NCBI GenBank assembly: GCA_013426755.1
Contig: AP019861.1
Location: 1,632,489 to 1,696,488, forward strand
Direction of reading: 5' to 3'
DNA from: Spirochaetota bacterium
Lineage (GTDB): Bacteria > Spirochaetota > UBA12135 > COTS27
Length of the DNA: 64,000 nucleotides
Position 1 is the first letter of the stretch, and the number at the start of each line of letters is the position of its first letter. The translations under genes and the position numbers were made by a program. Shown here piece after piece: positions 60,001 through 64,000 of this stretch. The notes beneath the pieces are model-generated. The model was given only the letters and a program-made list of their open reading frames with translations. It did no database searches and was not told the origin of the DNA.

Positions 60001-63000
60001 TCCACAGACTTATACCGAAATACGTAATTTCACCAATGAAAGCGGAGTTATCACTCAATTTAAATATTCTGTTTCCATTCCCAGATGTACAGAAACTGTC
60101 AAAATCATTCTCCGCAGCACAGATAACCTCGTGACCGTTAATTCAAAAGTTTTTACCCTCGATGCTGATAACTCTAATATCACAATTCCTTCCTGCAGCC
60201 CTTATAATCCTCTCATCTCATATCTCGTAAACGGAACAGAAATAACCGGTGTCAATGTAGGTTCTAATAAACTCGCTCAATCCACAATTGATCCCAATAC
60301 ACCAGGGATTTATCCGCAACGACTCCAATTCACAAACCACTTCGCTAAAGCTATCACACTCGATTTCAATGTTACCGTCCTAACATGTAGTCATTTCTTA
60401 AAACTCACTTTCATAGACGCTAATAATTCGCCCCTCACAAATCTAAATCCCGTTAATATTACACTAGAATCAATTCCAACCATTGATCTCCCAACTTGTA
60501 CTTATTACAATATTGAACTCAAATATTATGAAGCCAATACATACCTCGAAACCGCCATAATAAGTGCCGAACTGCTCGGCAATACGATTGTCCCTAATAG
60601 CGATCAAACCACACTCCAACGCCATTCCATTACTAATCCACTAGGAAATAGCTATTCTTTTGATTTCAATATCAGAACTTTGCCCTGCACTCCTAGTCTA
60701 AAAGTATTTTTACTTGCCAATGATAATTCCATTATTAACAGTAACAACGCTCCTACCATCACAACACAAAATATCACTACTGTTATCAGTGTTCCTGCCT
60801 GCGCTCCCTATCAACCACAATTTTCCTATTTCGAGAATGCTCCAACGATAGAAGTCTCCGCAACACAATCACTCCTTAGCCCACCACTAGATTCTAACAC
60901 TGCAGGAAGCTATTCTGAAATTCGCACTTTTACCAATAATAGAGGGTTTGTCTCACAATTTACCTATACCGTCATCATAGCCGCTTGCACAGAAAGCATT
61001 CGTGTCGTCCTCCATAAAGCCAATGGCAATGAAGTCATTAATACGGTATTTCTTACCATTGATGAAAATTCTAACACCATTACACTTCCACCCTGTACTC
61101 CTTATAATCCAACCGTAACCTATCTTATTAATGGAACACCTATTACAAACATTGATGTGGGGAGTAATATAATTGCAGAAAATTCTATTGATTCTTACAC
61201 ACCTGGAACTTATCTACAACGATTCCAATTCACAAACCCGTTCGCTAAACCGATCACAGTAGATTTTGATGTCATTGTACCGCCTTGTAATAATTTTATC
61301 AGACTTACATTTATTGGCAATGATAATTTACCACTTCCAGACCTATCTTACTTTGATATAACAACAGCAACCGCTCCTACGCTAGAACTCCCCGTATGTA
61401 ACGCTTATACTCCTGAATTTAAATACTATGAAGGGGGTATATTTCTTTCTAACATAACAATCAGCGCAGAACTCACCGACAGTACAGTCGATCCTAATAA
61501 TATTGCCACTGTTTTACAACGCCATGCCATTACCAATGCCTTTGGAATGGCATATACATTTGATTTCAATATCAAAACACAGCCCTGTGCAGCTTCCATT
61601 AAGGTATTCCTGCTAGCAGAAGACAATTCTATCATTAACGACAATAACGCTCCAACCATCACGGCTGGAAATACAAATACTGTTATCAGTCTTCCTGCTT
61701 GTGCTCCCTACACACCACAATTCACCTATTTTCAAGCAGGAACACTCTTACCAACAACCGTCAGTGAAAACTTAGCCACCACACCCATAAATATCGCTAC
61801 AGCAGGAAGATATACTGAAATTCGTAATTTCACCAACAGCAGCGGAATTATCACACCGTTTAGATATACGCTCGATGTTCCCATATGCTCAGAAGCCATT
61901 AAAATAGTTCTCCGCAGCGCAGACAATCTATTCACCGTCAATTCAAAAATTTTTCCTATTGCCCCAGAAAACCCAAACTCAATCACCCTCTCTACATGCG
62001 CTCCCTATAATCCTATCACTTCTTATCTCATCAATGGCACAGAAATAGCCGCCATTGATACTGGGACTAATATTCTCACAGAATTTGTAGTTGATCCCAA
62101 TTCACCGGGAATTTACCCCCAACGGCTCGAATTTACAAATCCCTTTGCCAAATTAATAACCATTGATTTTAATATCACCGTTCTAGCCTGCGATAATTTC
62201 CTAAAACTCACCTTTAAAGATACTGCCAATCAACTTATTCCCAATTTAACCCCCAATAACATTACGCTGCAACCCACGCTTACAATTGATCTTCCAGCAT
62301 GTATTTATTATAACCCACAATTTACATATTATGAAGACAATGCTTATCTAAATGACGCTATCATAAGCACTGAACTTCTTAATAATACAGTTGATCCTAA
62401 CGTCATAAGTACAACTCTCCAACGTCATTCCATCACTAATCATTATGGGAACGTTTTCACATTTAATTTCTACGTCAGAACACAAGCCTGCACCTCTGCT
62501 ATAAAAATCCTGTTACAAGCAGAAGACAATTCCATCATTAACGGTAATACGGCTCTCACCATTACAGCAGGAAATACCAATACAATTCTTAGTATTCCTG
62601 CCTGTGCTCCTTATTTACCACAATTAACTTATCTCGAGGGCGCAGAAAATACCCAAATCCCAGCCACCCAAACACTAACCAGTTCTCCCATCACTACCGT
62701 TAATCCTGGAACTTATACCGAAAGTCGTAACTTCACCAATAATAGAGGCTTTGTCTCACAATTTAAATATTATGTTATTATTCCTTCCTGTACAGAAATA
62801 ATTCAAATTGCTTTTCGTGAAAATAATAACGACGCAGTAATTGCTACAACCTTTTTTACCATTACTGACAGTCCCAATAATATCACTCTCCCCGCATGCA
62901 CCTCTTATAATCCGCTTATGACATATCTTATCAATGGAACCCCTATTAGTGCTATTGATGTTGGTATAAATACACTCTTGCAGTCTTCTATTGATCCCTA

Positions 63001-64000
63001 TTCACCGGGTACTTATCCGCAGCGTCTCGAGTTTACAAATCCGTTTGCTAAAGCTCTTATCGTTGATTTCAATATTATTGTTCCACCGTGTGATAATTTT
63101 TTGCGATTGACTTTCACTGGCATTGATGGTGCACCGCTTCCAAATACAGCGCCCAGCGACATCACATCAAAAACTTCTCCAATAATTGATCTTCCACCCT
63201 GTAATGCTTATGCACCCACTTTCACTTATCATGAAGACAATTTATATCTTGCAGACGTCACAATCAGCACAGAACTCCTCGGTAATACCATTGACCCCAA
63301 TAATATTGCTACCATTCTCCAACGCTATACCGTTACAAATACATATGGGACCGTTTTTACATATAATTTTAGTATTCGAACCCAACCATGTACGTCTTCT
63401 ATTAAAATCTTTCTACTCACAGATAATAACTCTATTATTAATAGTAATGACGCCCCAGTTATCACAGCAGAAAATACCACTTTTATTTTAAATGTTCCTG
63501 CTTGTGCTCCCTACATTCCACAATTTACTTATTTTGAAGTTGGGAATACGCTAGAACACACCCTCAGCTCTAATCTAGCCGCAACACCTATTGATACCAA
63601 TTTACAAGGAACTTATGCCGAAATTCGTAATTTCACCAATAACAATGGAGTTGTCACACAATTTAAATATTTTGTCTTTATTTCTGATTGTGTGGAAGCT
63701 ATCAAGATATCTTTCCGTGACGCTAGCGCATCTTTCACGGTGAACTCAAAAACTCTTCTTATCGAAGACAATCCAGGAACAATCTCACTTCCTTCCTGCA
63801 GACCTTACAACCCACAAATCACTTATCTTATCAATGGAACGGAGCTCTCTAGCATTGATGTAGGGACTAATACACTCTCTAATTTTTCAGTGAACCCCAA
63901 TATTCCAGGCAATTATCCCCAACGTCTCGCATTTATAAACCCCTTCGAAAATACACGTGTAGTTGATTTTAACGTCATCGTCACAGCCTGTGCCAATATT
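54008..64000 (+). CDS. Giant repetitive surface lipoprotein (>3,300 aa, ~33 two-Cys Ig-like repeats; 3' end beyond window; not in ORF track)
   Basis: Frame opens after TGA 53774-53776 (ATGs at 53864, 53873, 54008). MIGVRSFISLLAGILFVSLLIQC signal. Spot translations near 54.1, 59.8-60.1 and 63.96 kb are in the same frame. Absence from the ORF track is consistent with no stop before the window end. Confidence 0.9.
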   Translation, partial: MIGVRSFISLLAGILFVSLLIQCGPAAKISEPTLSQDKTAIDLIMQVYDPKDPDALILESEPILANREDNKDVIIPFCLEDYTLTPRVVVNQPSDTPIENVIFEEEVTIAIDSDLSDSLTRTASGFFRQVYHLVYPEEFNFTYLFNVVISCAPALHISFKDFSLPENLDSTVVDNKLLLNPQTSSSVAPEITLNPCLTYIPTLTYFEAEQESSDISIRLLDTSDPVDISKPGVYKQFYAITNAYEYSTVYQFNIKIQPCPPQLTITLQDVNSEIIDLNNDQSPDHSLTITYSETPPNDPLTLSVPACAPYNPLLTYRENTIVQTTGFTLTKNTDLPVVDPNTPASYPQSITVSYDDANESNITFNFNVITVSCAPTLALTLINEYDLPIDYDQNQEPDYSLTLTTTPDMSMPLISLPPPQKEPDPPVPTLSVPICEQYSPNFIYYENAIAPPATSTVSTNLSTITPNMYAAGDYLQTHHVTNAYGIITSYAFILTVTNTNSACSDTLRITLNDTLDNPIIPSDSSTPLIFVIYPNSPANEITLPACAPYNPSFNVLVNNNPSPNIAVSDNTLTSSVAPFSPGRYDQSHTTTDSSGQITTYLFSVVTLPCSPTLNLSLINNSNSNINDDSNSNYQYTLLPTIASNATNNIAFPNCASYRPTFTYVENAITIPSAIIKDTSLNPVNHTPGAYVQNIVATNHYGVKFEFSFQVIIPACRSQLEITLLTPVNNTPIDLNQDNTPDHTYLIERNDTITLPPCSPYEPQFAYLENNQRITIFSIATNNSPAIDLYNAATYPQEYVITNAKNLPINFNFNVIVPPCVQNLSLTLNDFNGNLIDLDQDSTGDYKYNISPQTTSSIKLPLCAPYDPNLTYLENATPNALAEISSNTESPVIASQAGNYLQKHTITNELGRITPFTFTIDVESCLQTLHITLLNVDKTAPLAGISTTLITEAQNQTIIIPPCAPYHPTLAYYENDIKRSSATISTNLLSQTIDTNAPATVPQQHSVTNALGQRLSFNFNVTIQSCASSLQVLLLNDDNTPINYEPIFTTDAASTHNSLTLPACAPYNPDFRYYENNALIPVTVSPNRAAIPIDANIAATNYTEIRDLTNEAGTVTRFTFNVTVQPCNEEFLITFRDAADNSIDIAIIPVNAASPPTISLPPCSGYNPTLVYQINGTTYFSIDIGSNLLNPVIPTTPATYPQRYTFNNPFNKSHTTQFNILVPSCNTILQLTLLTEENLPLQNIDPYDIALNNTPTITLPACTPYNTRFAYLEDNAIINAATITENLTSQPINPDISATTPQQHSVTNAFGQVFTFNFNITTQPCSSTLHIILNTDDNNPIPYEPKLTITSGSTHNNTLTLPICAPYNPSFQYYQNNNLLPITVSSNLSGYPIDSSTPATDYIEIRDVTNDLGIITRFTFNVTVQPCNEELFITFNDAANNLIDTATIDLTADSPPNISLVPCSGYNPTLIYRINGTNVQSVVIGSNLLSPVIPTTPGTYPQRYTFNNPFNKSHTTQFNIIVTPCSQTLRVSFSTAATNPITNTEYHYVTPQETPTITLPPCTLYNPSFAYFENNLPLSPDPVISANLTTNNIDPYTLATTLQQHTVTNHFKQVITFNLNIKVEPCPATIQISLLAEDNSIINSNEIPTIPLNVSDTTLNIPACAPYLPQFTYAEGPQSLQPAISENLAATTVSTNNPGTYTEIRNFTNNNGFVTQFRYYVIISACTETIQIVFRNGIDNAAITTVSFTIDNSVNNISLPACAPYNPLISYFVNGIELSSIDIEVDILSQSPIDSTLAGTYLQRLQFTNTFGKPVTADFNLIVPPCNNSLNLTLIGNDNFPLPGLASNPIVITRTTVPTIEIPPCTAYNPEFKYHEDNIYFSDITVSTELLGNAITPNSIGTTLQRHSLTNRYGNVYTFDFNITTQACTSSIKIFLLAEDNSIINSNDSPTITVGTNNTTLNLPACSPYLPQFTYFEAGETLQTTISENLATIPVNTNIPQTYTEIRNFTNESGVITQFKYSVSIPRCTETVKIILRSTDNLVTVNSKVFTLDADNSNITIPSCSPYNPLISYLVNGTEITGVNVGSNKLAQSTIDPNTPGIYPQRLQFTNHFAKAITLDFNVTVLTCSHFLKLTFIDANNSPLTNLNPVNITLESIPTIDLPTCTYYNIELKYYEANTYLETAIISAELLGNTIVPNSDQTTLQRHSITNPLGNSYSFDFNIRTLPCTPSLKVFLLANDNSIINSNNAPTITTQNITTVISVPACAPYQPQFSYFENAPTIEVSATQSLLSPPLDSNTAGSYSEIRTFTNNRGFVSQFTYTVIIAACTESIRVVLHKANGNEVINTVFLTIDENSNTITLPPCTPYNPTVTYLINGTPITNIDVGSNIIAENSIDSYTPGTYLQRFQFTNPFAKPITVDFDVIVPPCNNFIRLTFIGNDNLPLPDLSYFDITTATAPTLELPVCNAYTPEFKYYEGGIFLSNITISAELTDSTVDPNNIATVLQRHAITNAFGMAYTFDFNIKTQPCAASIKVFLLAEDNSIINDNNAPTITAGNTNTVISLPACAPYTPQFTYFQAGTLLPTTVSENLATTPINIATAGRYTEIRNFTNSSGIITPFRYTLDVPICSEAIKIVLRSADNLFTVNSKIFPIAPENPNSITLSTCAPYNPITSYLINGTEIAAIDTGTNILTEFVVDPNSPGIYPQRLEFTNPFAKLITIDFNITVLACDNFLKLTFKDTANQLIPNLTPNNITLQPTLTIDLPACIYYNPQFTYYEDNAYLNDAIISTELLNNTVDPNVISTTLQRHSITNHYGNVFTFNFYVRTQACTSAIKILLQAEDNSIINGNTALTITAGNTNTILSIPACAPYLPQLTYLEGAENTQIPATQTLTSSPITTVNPGTYTESRNFTNNRGFVSQFKYYVIIPSCTEIIQIAFRENNNDAVIATTFFTITDSPNNITLPACTSYNPLMTYLINGTPISAIDVGINTLLQSSIDPYSPGTYPQRLEFTNPFAKALIVDFNIIVPPCDNFLRLTFTGIDGAPLPNTAPSDITSKTSPIIDLPPCNAYAPTFTYHEDNLYLADVTISTELLGNTIDPNNIATILQRYTVTNTYGTVFTYNFSIRTQPCTSSIKIFLLTDNNSIINSNDAPVITAENTTFILNVPACAPYIPQFTYFEVGNTLEHTLSSNLAATPIDTNLQGTYAEIRNFTNNNGVVTQFKYFVFISDCVEAIKISFRDASASFTVNSKTLLIEDNPGTISLPSCRPYNPQITYLINGTELSSIDVGTNTLSNFSVNPNIPGNYPQRLAFINPFENTRVVDFNVIVTACANI

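Noticed and set aside
55208-63491. Short ORFs listed in the track across 55-63.5 kb
   Set aside because: Alternative-frame or antisense fragments inside the giant frame +2 ORF.

Overview
Bacterial genomic window; TAA, TAG and TGA are all used as stops, so code 11. The signal peptides look spirochaete-like, but the taxon is only an inference. Bases 1-43.9 kb are a head-to-tail, minus-strand array of 14 paralogous surface lipoproteins. Each has a lipobox signal peptide, 0-7 Ig-like stalk domains of about 120 aa, one two-Cys linker domain and a GLUG (GGLVG) beta-helix head with N- and C-caps. A 2.5-kb AT-rich, tandem-repeat-filled gap and a HAD-family gene split the array into two subclusters. 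In the right subcluster the paralogs are patchwork mosaics of one another. Most have their own sigma70-like promoter, and six are followed by a conserved two-hairpin element whose CCCTTA..TAAGGG core is nearly fixed while the arms co-vary. After the array come a siroheme sulfite/nitrite reductase, ligA and lnt, all with in-frame low-complexity insertions. Last is a giant (>3,300 aa, runs off the window) Cys-repeat lipoprotein missing from the ORF track. No rRNA, tRNA, CRISPR array, transposase, recombinase or reverse transcriptase was recognised. All alignments and counts were done by eye.
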